A DNA stretch of 37,618 bases from positions 1 through 37,618 of the IMG/VR virus record IMGVR_UViG_3300031519_002997; one strand, given 5' to 3'. Below are positions 7,470 through 16,794 of this stretch, piece by piece. A program made the position numbers and the translations under genes. This stretch comes from a virus. Lineage: Duplodnaviria; Caudoviricetes. The notes beneath the pieces are model-generated. The model ran no database searches and was not told the origin of the DNA. It worked only from the letters and a program-made list of their open reading frames with translations. Positions within the stretch are counted from its first letter, which is position 1, and each line of letters begins with the position of its first letter.

Positions 7470-8880
7470 TGAGGAATTTGGCCGTAAGGTCTTTCCATAT
7501 TTAAAAGAAGAATATTTTGAAGACATATCGTTTAAGAAAGTGTTTGAGACGGCGGCTGAGTACATTGAAGAGTACAAAGCCCCACCTTCCATTGAGGCAT
7601 TAAAAATTGCTCTTGATAAAAGGAAAGATCTCAACGAAGATATGTATACGAATACTAATGCTCTGATTAATAGTCTAAGCGTTGATCCGAATACCTCCGT
7701 TGAGTTTCTTCTCAAAGAGACTGAAACATTCTGTCAAGATAAGGATTTATATAATACGATTCGTAAATCTATCCTTATTCTTGATGGTCAGGACAAAGAG
7801 ATGGGCAAAGGAGAAATCCCGAGACTGTTATCCGATTCGTTGGGTATCAGTTTCGACCAATCTGTTGGTCATGACTTCCTTGAAGATGGCGATGATCGTT
7901 ATGAACATTACCATCGGAAAGAAGAACGTATTCCATTCGATATAGATATTCTAAACAAAATTACTAAAGGCGGCATACCTCGCAAATCTATGACCGTACT
8001 GTTGGCAACAACGGGTGGTGGTAAATCTTTACTTAAATGCCACTTTGCAGCTAATCATCTAATGTATGGCAAGAACGTACTGTATATTACAATGGAGATG
8101 GCAGCAGAAGAAATTGGTCGAAGGATTGATGCAAACATTATGGATATTACTCTTGATGAAGTTGCTGAAGTTCCTCGTGATGTATTTGAGAAACGAATGA
8201 ATCGTTACAAGTCGAAGACAACTGGTAAATTGGTTATTAAAGAATTCCCTACAGGATCTGCTAATAGCGGTCACTTCAGACATTTACTCAATGAGCTGAA
8301 ACTGAAAAAGAATTTTGCGCCTGATGTTATCTATCTCGACTATTTAAATATCTGTTCGTCTGCTCGCGTTAAAGGTGCAGCCGCAGCAAACAGTTATACA
8401 TTAGTAAAATCTATTGCAGAAGAAGTTCGTGGTCTTGCTATGGAATACAACTGCGCAATCGTTACATCGTCTCAGTACAACAGAGATGCATACGGTAACT
8501 CAGATGTTGATCTAACAAACACTTCAGAGTCAATGGGTATAACCCACACGGCAGATGCAATCTTCGGTCTGGTCAGTTCTGAATACCTTGAAGAGATGGG
8601 ACAGTTGATGATTAAGCAGCTGAAGAATCGTTGGGGAGATATTGGTTACTATCGTAGATTCCTTGTAGGTATTGAACGTGCCAAGATGAAGATCTATGAA
8701 CTCGAAGAATCTGCCCAGGAAAACATTAACATGGAAGCTCCACAAGGACATCAAAAACCAGAGGGTAGTGCCTTCGGTAGTTCTAAACCTAAGTTTGGTG
8801 GTCAAGACAAACAGGATATACCAGCAAGGTTGAATAAACGTGGTGGTGGCAAAGTGTTTGGTGATGTTGCTCTTACCTAA
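7432..8880 (+). CDS. 41: replicative DnaB-like helicase, T4 gp41
   Basis: ATTGGGKS, YITMEMAAE, LDYLNIC, TSESMG, KQLKNRWGD. Confidence 0.95.
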   Translation: MLEKTILSNLILNEEFGRKVFPYLKEEYFEDISFKKVFETAAEYIEEYKAPPSIEALKIALDKRKDLNEDMYTNTNALINSLSVDPNTSVEFLLKETETFCQDKDLYNTIRKSILILDGQDKEMGKGEIPRLLSDSLGISFDQSVGHDFLEDGDDRYEHYHRKEERIPFDIDILNKITKGGIPRKSMTVLLATTGGGKSLLKCHFAANHLMYGKNVLYITMEMAAEEIGRRIDANIMDITLDEVAEVPRDVFEKRMNRYKSKTTGKLVIKEFPTGSANSGHFRHLLNELKLKKNFAPDVIYLDYLNICSSARVKGAAAANSYTLVKSIAEEVRGLAMEYNCAIVTSSQYNRDAYGNSDVDLTNTSESMGITHTADAIFGLVSSEYLEEMGQLMIKQLKNRWGDIGYYRRFLVGIERAKMKIYELEESAQENINMEAPQGHQKPEGSAFGSSKPKFGGQDKQDIPARLNKRGGGKVFGDVALT

Positions 8881-8888
8881 GCAAAATG

Positions 8889-8896
8889 TATAAATA
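8889..8896 (+). promoter_or_regulatory. T4-type late promoter
   Basis: TATAAATA in the intergenic gap before the ORF at 8934. Confidence 0.8.
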
Positions 8897-8933
8897 ATGG
8901 ATATAACAAAAATAATTTATTACAAGGTGTAAA

Positions 8934-10373
8934 ATGCGACGTTATAATACATTTATCACAGAGGCATCCTTTCTAAAACCTGACTACGTTATTGGCCATA
9001 AGGTCATGTATAACGGAAAAGGTTTTAAGGATCTTGATGTACTTGGATATAAGAAAGGCGATACGTTTGAAATCGTTGGTCAGACCAAGAACGTTGCTAA
9101 GATGTTTGGTAGTGAAGATGGTGCCGCTGAGAAATTCTTAAAGGCTCCTGATGGAAAGATCTATCAATTCAAAGGTGCTACTTCTTTTAAATCCAGTTCC
9201 TTTACTCATCTTAAGTCTGCTGGGTCACCACCTACTGGAGCTGAATGGGAAGATGTTATTGTATACGCATACAATCAAATGAACGGTGTTGATACCGATC
9301 CTGAGACTGTTGAAGTTGCTATGAAGTTTTGGGATAAGTATGCAGATCAAGCTAATGTTATTGCATCCAACTTTAAGAAGTCATTAACCGCTAAACAGCT
9401 AGTTCAAACTGGTCGTGGTATCGGTAATGTTAGTCTAGGTCCAATATGGACTGCTGAAGGTGCAAAGAATAAGACGCCTAAGACTGATATAGCATCTGCT
9501 AATTTCAAAGAACGTATATCGTTAAAGAAAGCTGGTGGATCTCAACTTGCTTCCCCATCTAAGAAAGAGTCTATAGCAATCGTAAAGGCTGCATTATCTG
9601 AGATGGGTAACGATAGAGCATTCGCTGCTGATCTCGTTAAGACTATGGAAGAAAAGATGTCTACGTTAGTCTCAAGAACCGCGGCTAACGAATTACGAGC
9701 TCAATCTAAGAAAGGCGAAAAGACTGATGCTGTAATAGATTTCCAAGCAAAGGATAAAGGTAATAAAGAATTAACTGCCATGATGGAATCCTTTATTAAT
9801 CAAGACACCTCTGCTAATACACTATTCAGTAAACACGTTGTTCTCGAAGCGGCGACAGGTAATCACAAGTTTGGTTCCAATAAAGCAAAAGCTGCAGCTA
9901 ATCTATTAGGTAAGTTTAGTCCAACTGGCGAAGTTCAGGTTGAACCTATCAATAGTATTAAAGACCCTATCATTGTAAAGTATTCTCAAACAGTAAGACC
10001 TTATGTAGCATTTAAATCTGGTGGGGGTGGATCTCCTGCGTATTCTTCTTTACGTTTAGGTATTAAGGAATCAGAAACCTTTAAAGGTATTGTGTTATCT
10101 GAGATGTCTCAACTAGAAGGTTTAATGTTAACTGAAGATTTTCTATCAGAAGGTCCACTTGATATGTTAAAGAAAGCTGGTGATTGGGCAAAGGATAAAG
10201 GTACTGCATTTGTTAGCAAAGTTAAATCTGCTATTACTGCTGTACTGAAAAAGATGTCTGCTGTGTTTAAAAAGATTGCTAAGATGGGGCAAGCAATGTT
10301 TGCTTCTCTGATGCGATTCCTTGGTGTTGAAATAAAGACAGCAGTTGGTATTCCAATGGAGATAACGCTATAA
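8934..10373 (+). CDS. late protein with a PD-(D/E)xK-like nuclease core and a cationic amphipathic C-terminus; probable internal head protein
   Basis: AEWE...TPKTDI-x8-ISLKK resembles restriction-endonuclease-fold motifs; N-terminus MRRYNTFITE. Confidence 0.55.
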   Translation: MRRYNTFITEASFLKPDYVIGHKVMYNGKGFKDLDVLGYKKGDTFEIVGQTKNVAKMFGSEDGAAEKFLKAPDGKIYQFKGATSFKSSSFTHLKSAGSPPTGAEWEDVIVYAYNQMNGVDTDPETVEVAMKFWDKYADQANVIASNFKKSLTAKQLVQTGRGIGNVSLGPIWTAEGAKNKTPKTDIASANFKERISLKKAGGSQLASPSKKESIAIVKAALSEMGNDRAFAADLVKTMEEKMSTLVSRTAANELRAQSKKGEKTDAVIDFQAKDKGNKELTAMMESFINQDTSANTLFSKHVVLEAATGNHKFGSNKAKAAANLLGKFSPTGEVQVEPINSIKDPIIVKYSQTVRPYVAFKSGGGGSPAYSSLRLGIKESETFKGIVLSEMSQLEGLMLTEDFLSEGPLDMLKKAGDWAKDKGTAFVSKVKSAITAVLKKMSAVFKKIAKMGQAMFASLMRFLGVEIKTAVGIPMEITL

Positions 10374-11089
10374 TGCAAAGGTTTTCAAAGTTTATTGACG
10401 AAGGTCCAAACGATCCTGCGATATTTAAAGCAATCTTTTTAGCAGGTGGCCCTGGGTCAGGCAAGAGCTTTATGGTTAAGGAAACTGGTTTAAAGGCTTT
10501 AGGTTTTAGAGTTGTTAATTCAGATATACCATTTGAGAGAGCAATGGAAAAAGCAGGTCTTGAAATGGATCCTGATACTATTTTCTCAGTTGCTGGACAG
10601 ACAGCAAGACAATCTGCAAAGACAATTACCGATGCTCAGATGCAAGGTTATTTAACTGGTAGATTAGGTCTTGTTATTGATGGAACAGGAAAAAACTTTG
10701 ATAAGATCAAAACGCAAGCTACGGAATTAAAGAAGCTTGGTTACGATGTTTCAATGATCTTTGTGAATACAGATTTAGATACGGCAATTAGTCGCAATGA
10801 TAAAAGACCAAGATCATTACCAACGCCAACAGTTGTTAAAATGTGGAAAGATGTTCAAAAGAATATTGGTAAATTCCAAGGCTTCTTTTCTCAGAACTTT
10901 ATTGTATTAGATAACAGTGAAGGTTCTGATGATAAAGTTATCTCAGGCGAAGGTTTTAAATGGGCAACAAAATTTGCCAAACGACCAATACAAAATACGT
11001 TAGCAAGAAAGTGGATTAAGTCTTATACCGAATCAGCTGATACCACCGCGACCGACATTATTAAATACTTAAGGATTAATGACAAATGA
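10373..11089 (+). CDS. zeta-toxin/AAA_33-like P-loop kinase
   Basis: AIFLAGGPGSGKS, VVNSD, LVIDGTG, lid motif SRNDKRPR. Confidence 0.8.
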   Translation: MQRFSKFIDEGPNDPAIFKAIFLAGGPGSGKSFMVKETGLKALGFRVVNSDIPFERAMEKAGLEMDPDTIFSVAGQTARQSAKTITDAQMQGYLTGRLGLVIDGTGKNFDKIKTQATELKKLGYDVSMIFVNTDLDTAISRNDKRPRSLPTPTVVKMWKDVQKNIGKFQGFFSQNFIVLDNSEGSDDKVISGEGFKWATKFAKRPIQNTLARKWIKSYTESADTTATDIIKYLRINDK

Positions 11090-12321
11090 AGTCATATAAA
11101 CAACATCTAACAGAAGCAGACGCTAATCTGCACATGACTCATCTTGAAGATGCAGTGTTAGACGGTGGAGTAACTGGAACGCGCAACGTTATTAATTACA
11201 TTCGCAATATTCGAGATATGTTATCTGGTAATACCGCAGCACCAGTTAATTTAACAGTTAAGTGGGATGGCGCTCCTGCGATCTTTGCTGGTACAGATCC
11301 TGCCGATGGTAAGTTCTTTGTGGCAAAAAAGGGAGTATTCAATAAAACTCCAAAACTATACAAATCAGATAGCGAAATAGATAATGATCTGAGCGGTGAA
11401 TTAAATTCAAAGTTTAAAGTAGCTTTGAAAGAATTTGCTAAACTCGGAATTGAAGGAGTAGTACAAGGTGATTTCTTATATACGAACGACGATCTCAAGA
11501 CGGAAGATATTGATGGAGAATCGTGTGTTACTTTCCATCCTAATACCATTGTTTATGCGGTACCTAAAGCATCAGACCTCGGTAAGACAATTTCAGGATC
11601 CAAAATCGGTGTGGTTTGGCACACAACATACCGAGGACCAGATCTTCAATCAATGTCTGCAAGCTTTGGTCAGGCGATCTCAACAAAACTTAAAAACGTT
11701 AAATCAGTCTGGCACGTAGATGCAAACTTTGAAGATAAGTCAGGAACAGCAACATTTACCAAGGCAGAGAACAAAGCATTAACTGCTCAACTATCAAAAG
11801 CAGGTACAATGTTTAGAACAATAGATGTTACAGTCTTAAATGAACTTGGGACGAATAAAGAATTGAATCAAAAGGTTAACACTTTTATTAATACAAAGGT
11901 TCGTGAAGGACAACGTATCGGAGCAGTTAAACCTTTCGTAAGGGATTTACAAAGTTACATACAGAAGTATTATCAGAACGAAGCAGATAAACGTAAGACT
12001 CCTGCTGGTAAGAAAACACAAATGGATAAAGCAACGGCAGTACTAGGTATATTTGATAAAAAGAATACTAGGAAGCTTGAAGCTATATTTACTTTATATG
12101 ATTTGTTAGTTGATATGAAATATGTCATCATAGCAAAACTAAATACAGTAGGTGGTATCAAAACTCTACTTAAAACAACCAAAGGATTCGAAGTAACAGG
12201 ACAAGAAGGATTTGTTGCTATCGACCATTATGGTAAAAACGCCCTTAAGATTGTAGATCGTATGGGATTCAGTCTTGCTAACTTTTCAGATCAATATATT
12301 AAAGGCTGGCAGAAAAAATAA
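11086..12321 (+). CDS. conserved T4-like protein (DUF6267-like) with a ligase/nucleotidyltransferase KxDG motif
   Basis: HMTHLED, TVKWDGAPA, QGDFLY, EGFV and LKIVDR resemble covalent nucleotidyltransferase motifs I, III, IV and V. Confidence 0.6.
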   Translation: MKSYKQHLTEADANLHMTHLEDAVLDGGVTGTRNVINYIRNIRDMLSGNTAAPVNLTVKWDGAPAIFAGTDPADGKFFVAKKGVFNKTPKLYKSDSEIDNDLSGELNSKFKVALKEFAKLGIEGVVQGDFLYTNDDLKTEDIDGESCVTFHPNTIVYAVPKASDLGKTISGSKIGVVWHTTYRGPDLQSMSASFGQAISTKLKNVKSVWHVDANFEDKSGTATFTKAENKALTAQLSKAGTMFRTIDVTVLNELGTNKELNQKVNTFINTKVREGQRIGAVKPFVRDLQSYIQKYYQNEADKRKTPAGKKTQMDKATAVLGIFDKKNTRKLEAIFTLYDLLVDMKYVIIAKLNTVGGIKTLLKTTKGFEVTGQEGFVAIDHYGKNALKIVDRMGFSLANFSDQYIKGWQKK

Positions 12322-12354
12322 AACGTGCGGACTAAGGCCGCGGAGAGGTTACAA

Positions 12355-13836
12355 ATGAAAAACTGGGAAGAATACAAAGATTCTCGCGGTGTTACAACAA
12401 AGAAAAAGATTGTCATTGATAATCCTTTGGAGTTGTTTAAAAAAATAACAGAAGCTAAAACTGCTACTGAGCCTGTTATATTATATGAGCAGGAAATTCC
12501 TGCGACATTTGCACAAACACTAGAGTACGTTAGTAAAGAACTTATTGAAGAAGATGAGTTAACTATTCCTATTCTTAAAGAATCCCCTGTCCCTGTAGAA
12601 CCTCTTCCTCAGCCTGATCCTCAATACGCTACACAAAAACAAATGAACGATCATTACAAGCTACTCTTATCACGAATTCAAACACAACTGTCTACAATAG
12701 GCGGCGGTGGTGAAGTTAACTTTCGCATGCTTGACGATGTTGATCGCAGTACAATTGCTGATGGTCTAAATTTACGGTACAACGCTGCTAGTACGAAATT
12801 TGATTTTGTACAGCCATCAGCTAAGGCGTATTATGTAACAAGAGTTCATGACACGGTTCAAACACTAGATCATTCAACTCCACAAATTATTACAGATATG
12901 ACACTAAGTCCACCAGCTGGAACTTACGTAGTAAATTACAATAGTAAGTTAACAGTTATTGATACCTCAAGTCTCACTAGTGCCGCTAAAGTTGAAGTTA
13001 CATCATTATATGCCGACCTGAGTACACGAGCTGCAACTGGGGCTGAAACAACTCGAGCTGCAAGTGATATATACGCTAACGAAACACTAGGACCCGGTGT
13101 TTACATACACACTGGTGCAATAACCGTTAATGGCAAACTCACACTAAATGGAAGTGCAACTGACGAATTTATATTCCGCACTGCTGGTGCATTCACAACA
13201 GGCACGTTTGCTGAAATAGAATTAACTGGTGGAGCCACAAGTAGTAATGTATGGTTTGTAACTGCTGGTGCACCAAGCACGGGCGCAAATGCTATAGTAC
13301 GAGGTAATTTTATTGCAGACCAAGCGGCGCCAAGTCTAGGTGCAACTACATCTTTTGAAGGGCGCATGCTTGCAGTTAACGGAGCAATAGCTATTGGCGA
13401 TGCTTGTGTCATTACTGCGCCAACTGGTACAGGAACAACGTCGATAGGAAGTCTTGTTGTTTTTAGTATGTTCACCGGTCTTGGCGCTGTTTCAAACACA
13501 GGTACAGTAACTACAGTTGCATTAAGTATTGGTACTGACGGTGGTGCCATCACAGGATTTCCAGAAGGTAATGTTGGTGGTAACTTGTACCCTGGCGGTG
13601 CAGGTCAATCAAGTAGACTGCGTATTGGTGTATATGTTGATGGCGTTCTCCTTGATGATTCAAGAAGACAATATGACCACTCCTTTCAAAACGTAGATGA
13701 AGAATATCCCGTCGTATTACAAACTGTTGTAACTTTGACTGCTGGTCAAACGATGGACGTTAGAGGATCTGCCGCTTTTGGTGAAGTATCAATTGGTCCT
13801 AGAATGGCGTTTATAGCAACACTAGCTGATACGTAA
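12355..13836 (+). CDS. probable virion-associated protein containing a DUF3494 (IBP-1 fold) ice-binding-like domain
   Basis: TLGPGVY, LTLNG, FIFRTAGAFTTG, LTGGATSSNVWF, GRMLA. ATG 12355 has SD GGAGAGG; the ORF track starts at GTG 12325. Confidence 0.8.
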   Translation: MKNWEEYKDSRGVTTKKKIVIDNPLELFKKITEAKTATEPVILYEQEIPATFAQTLEYVSKELIEEDELTIPILKESPVPVEPLPQPDPQYATQKQMNDHYKLLLSRIQTQLSTIGGGGEVNFRMLDDVDRSTIADGLNLRYNAASTKFDFVQPSAKAYYVTRVHDTVQTLDHSTPQIITDMTLSPPAGTYVVNYNSKLTVIDTSSLTSAAKVEVTSLYADLSTRAATGAETTRAASDIYANETLGPGVYIHTGAITVNGKLTLNGSATDEFIFRTAGAFTTGTFAEIELTGGATSSNVWFVTAGAPSTGANAIVRGNFIADQAAPSLGATTSFEGRMLAVNGAIAIGDACVITAPTGTGTTSIGSLVVFSMFTGLGAVSNTGTVTTVALSIGTDGGAITGFPEGNVGGNLYPGGAGQSSRLRIGVYVDGVLLDDSRRQYDHSFQNVDEEYPVVLQTVVTLTAGQTMDVRGSAAFGEVSIGPRMAFIATLADT

Positions 13837-13860
13837 TCAATAATATTAGGAAAAGAAATA

Positions 13861-14229
13861 ATGTCAGAAATACACTACTTAAAAAGATCAGCCACAGAGG
13901 CAGTTATAAAGGTTTATGTAACTGATTCTTCGGGTGATACCGTTGATATTGATTTAGCAGATCTTGCGCATCCAAATGATACATTTGTTGATAGCGATGC
14001 TGTAGTAACTATTAAAGAAATATTCTGGGGTTGTAAAACCAATAAACATATAGATATTTCTAGATGGGACGGGGTTGCACCTCACGGTCATTATTACTTT
14101 GTAAATTCCGGTTCACACGAATATAAAGGTTTTGTGGATAACGTATATTCCAATAGAGATATACGAATCGTTGGTGATGGACCATTCCACGTTATTATGA
14201 AACTTACTAAAGAAGCTGGATATAATTAA
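13861..14229 (+). CDS. hypothetical protein, possibly structural
   Basis: 122 aa ORF with SD AGGA; last gene before an early promoter. Confidence 0.75.
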   Translation: MSEIHYLKRSATEAVIKVYVTDSSGDTVDIDLADLAHPNDTFVDSDAVVTIKEIFWGCKTNKHIDISRWDGVAPHGHYYFVNSGSHEYKGFVDNVYSNRDIRIVGDGPFHVIMKLTKEAGYN

Positions 14230-14232
14230 TAG

Positions 14233-14261
14233 TTGACATCCTTAAAGAAGTTTGATATAAT
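14233..14261 (+). promoter_or_regulatory. consensus sigma70 promoter
   Basis: TTGACA 14233-14238, 17 bp spacer, TATAAT 14256-14261. Confidence 0.85.
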
Positions 14262-14330
14262 AGATATATAACAATATGGTTCGGAATGATTCCTTGTCTG
14301 TAATGATTATAATTTGAAAGAGGAAATACG

Positions 14331-14897
14331 ATGGGTAGAATTAATGATAGAGGCCACAGCGGTGGTAACATTTGGAGATGGCAAACCATTGAAAAATACG
14401 TACGCAAGAACGGTTGGACTAAAGGTGCTGAACTTGGTGTATGGACTGGCGAAACGTTTAAACATCTAGTTAAAACATGTCATAAACTACATCTTATCGG
14501 AGTTGACTTATATGCAGCTCAACCAGATCAAGAAGGTCCTGAGCAATGGACACGCGGCGAAAATGGACATGCATGGGACCACGACACGTACTATAATAAC
14601 TTAGTACAATTCTGTCAGGCATACCCAGGGCGTGCTGAAATTATCAAAGACTATACCACTGAGGCTGCTAAAGAAGTAGCTGACGAATCATTAGACTTTG
14701 TCTTTATTGATGCAGATCATAGTTACATGGGTGTGATTCGCGACGTAGGTGCTTGGGCTCCTAAAGTAAAGAAAGGTGGAATGATTATTGGACATGATAT
14801 ACATTTTGAAACTGTTAAGACGGCAGTGATTGAATTATATGGTGAAGATGGATATTGGGTTGAGGATGATTTCTTATGGTTCGTGAAAAAGACGTAA
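14331..14897 (+). CDS. class I SAM-dependent methyltransferase (Methyltransf_24-like)
   Basis: GAELGVWTG, IGVD, LDFVFIDADHSY, KKGGMIIGHD. Confidence 0.88.
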   Translation: MGRINDRGHSGGNIWRWQTIEKYVRKNGWTKGAELGVWTGETFKHLVKTCHKLHLIGVDLYAAQPDQEGPEQWTRGENGHAWDHDTYYNNLVQFCQAYPGRAEIIKDYTTEAAKEVADESLDFVFIDADHSYMGVIRDVGAWAPKVKKGGMIIGHDIHFETVKTAVIELYGEDGYWVEDDFLWFVKKT

Positions 14898-15430
14898 CAG
14901 TAATAAACTTTTATGGTGGCCCTGGGTCAGGTAAATCTACTGCAGCCGCAGGTCTATTTTATAAAATGAAACTCGCAGGTTACTCTGTTGAGTTGACCGA
15001 TGAATTCGCGAAAGAATGTGTATGGGAAAACAACGTCCCAATGTTAGCAGATCAGTTATACATTCTTGCACATCAACACCGAAAGATATTACGGCTATCA
15101 GATAAAGTGGATTATATTATAACAGATAGTCCTGTACTGCTTAGTCCAATATATCGAGAGAAGTACGGTAAAGCATTATATTCTGATAACATTGATAAGA
15201 TGGCATTAGAGTGTTATAAACTATATCCATGTAATATTAACTTTATGCTAACAAGACCTGAAAACGTGTTTGAGCAAAAAGGCAGAGCACAAGATCTTGA
15301 AGAAAGTCTCAATATTGATAACGAAATCGAAGAACAGTTTGATAAATTAAATATTGGATACGTAAAATTAGATAATTATCTACAAAATGCCGATGCCGCG
15401 TTTCTACATATAACGAATTCTTTACTATGA
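14876..15430 (+). CDS. NadR/AAA_28-like P-loop kinase
   Basis: INFYGGPGSGKST, EFAKE, IITDSP, KGRAQ. Confidence 0.8.
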   Translation: MVREKDVTVINFYGGPGSGKSTAAAGLFYKMKLAGYSVELTDEFAKECVWENNVPMLADQLYILAHQHRKILRLSDKVDYIITDSPVLLSPIYREKYGKALYSDNIDKMALECYKLYPCNINFMLTRPENVFEQKGRAQDLEESLNIDNEIEEQFDKLNIGYVKLDNYLQNADAAFLHITNSLL

Positions 15431-16089
15431 TCGACATTAACATTGAAAGAAAACTAAAACATATTTGGATTGGTCCTAAACCTGCCCCTCTTAAGTGGAT
15501 GTATACTTGGAGGGATAAACATCCTGATTGGGAATACAGCGTTTTCACTGATGCAATGCTACGTAGTCGTAAGTGGTATAATCAACATCTGATTGAAGAA
15601 TACTATAAACAGAAAGCGTGGTGTGGTGTCTCTGATTTAATTCGTTACGAACTATTATATGAAGAAGGTGGATTTATCGCTGAAGCAGATATGATCTGTT
15701 TGGAAAATTGCGATGAGTTATTTACTAGTCCTAAAGGCCACGCATATACTTGTTATGAAAATGAAAAAGGTAGGCCGGATTTTGTTCAGCCTCTTTTTGC
15801 ATGTAACCCTGGTAATCTATTAGTAAGGGACATACTTGATACTCTTCACGCATTACAACCTAATCAATTGCATCCGCAACCATTTATGTCAACTGGTAAT
15901 TCTTTTCTGTCGAAGTTTGTTCCTCGATATAGAAACAAGCTAACTATTTGGCCTTCCCATTATTTTATTCCTCAATTCTATATGAATGGTTCTCAGAGAT
16001 ATGACGGTCCTGAAAAGGTATATGCCGATCATCAATGGGGATCTACGGGAATGGGTTTTAACTGTACTGATTATTCGCAAGGAGTATAA
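15427..16089 (+). CDS. glycosyltransferase, GT32/OCH1-like
   Basis: KHIWIG, HPDWEY, SDLIRYELLYEEGGFIAEAD (DxD site appears as EAD), YADHQW. Confidence 0.82.
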   Translation: MIDINIERKLKHIWIGPKPAPLKWMYTWRDKHPDWEYSVFTDAMLRSRKWYNQHLIEEYYKQKAWCGVSDLIRYELLYEEGGFIAEADMICLENCDELFTSPKGHAYTCYENEKGRPDFVQPLFACNPGNLLVRDILDTLHALQPNQLHPQPFMSTGNSFLSKFVPRYRNKLTIWPSHYFIPQFYMNGSQRYDGPEKVYADHQWGSTGMGFNCTDYSQGV

Positions 16090-16794
16090 ATGTACTTATC
16101 ACACAAATACAAATTTTTATTTTTAAGAACACCAAAAACCGCAAGTAGTAGTTTATCTGATTTCTTTATTAATAACATCGATGATCCTGATGCAATTTAT
16201 ACTGAAGTTGAAGATGCGAGTATCCCAGGGACAATGTCTGAACTGATCGTAGGTAAGTATAGACCTTACGCGTTCTATCATTTTACTATTTCGCAATTGA
16301 TTGCCGAAGGTGTACTTACTTTAGAACAGGCAAGGGAATATAAAGTATTTTCAGTATTGAGAGATCCAGTTGATAGAGCAAAGAGTTTCTATTATTTCTA
16401 TAAAAAGTTTCGAGATGTTGGTACTCCACCAAGTATAGAACAATACAGAAGTTGGTGCTACCCTGGTACTGCCATATTCAATAATGATAATAACTCTGGT
16501 ATTCAGCAGGTTGCGCTGAGTGTTCATAACGAAGAACTGCTTGGAGATTTTTGGTTGTACGAAGATCTAAATAAAGAAGTAGCTCTATTCATGGATTCAC
16601 TTGGATTGCCCAATGCTGAATTACCTCAACATAAGACTGGCTTACGTAAAGACGCAAGTAAAGAAATAGTATTTGGACATCAGGATCTGGATAATATTAA
16701 ACATACGTTTGGTGCTGATGTTAAATTCTACGAAGGACTAAAGGCAAACACAACCAAGATTAAATGGGAAAGGAATATACATCAGCTGCCATGA
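16090..16794 (+). CDS. sulfotransferase (Sulfotransfer_2-like)
   Basis: 5'-PSB motif FLRTPKTASSS and 3'-PB motif RDPVDRAKSFY. Confidence 0.82.
   Translation: MYLSHKYKFLFLRTPKTASSSLSDFFINNIDDPDAIYTEVEDASIPGTMSELIVGKYRPYAFYHFTISQLIAEGVLTLEQAREYKVFSVLRDPVDRAKSFYYFYKKFRDVGTPPSIEQYRSWCYPGTAIFNNDNNSGIQQVALSVHNEELLGDFWLYEDLNKEVALFMDSLGLPNAELPQHKTGLRKDASKEIVFGHQDLDNIKHTFGADVKFYEGLKANTTKIKWERNIHQLP

Noticed and set aside
10373-11089. Epsilon-zeta toxin-antitoxin module
   Set aside because: No small antitoxin gene is adjacent; the kinase sits in a coupled late operon.
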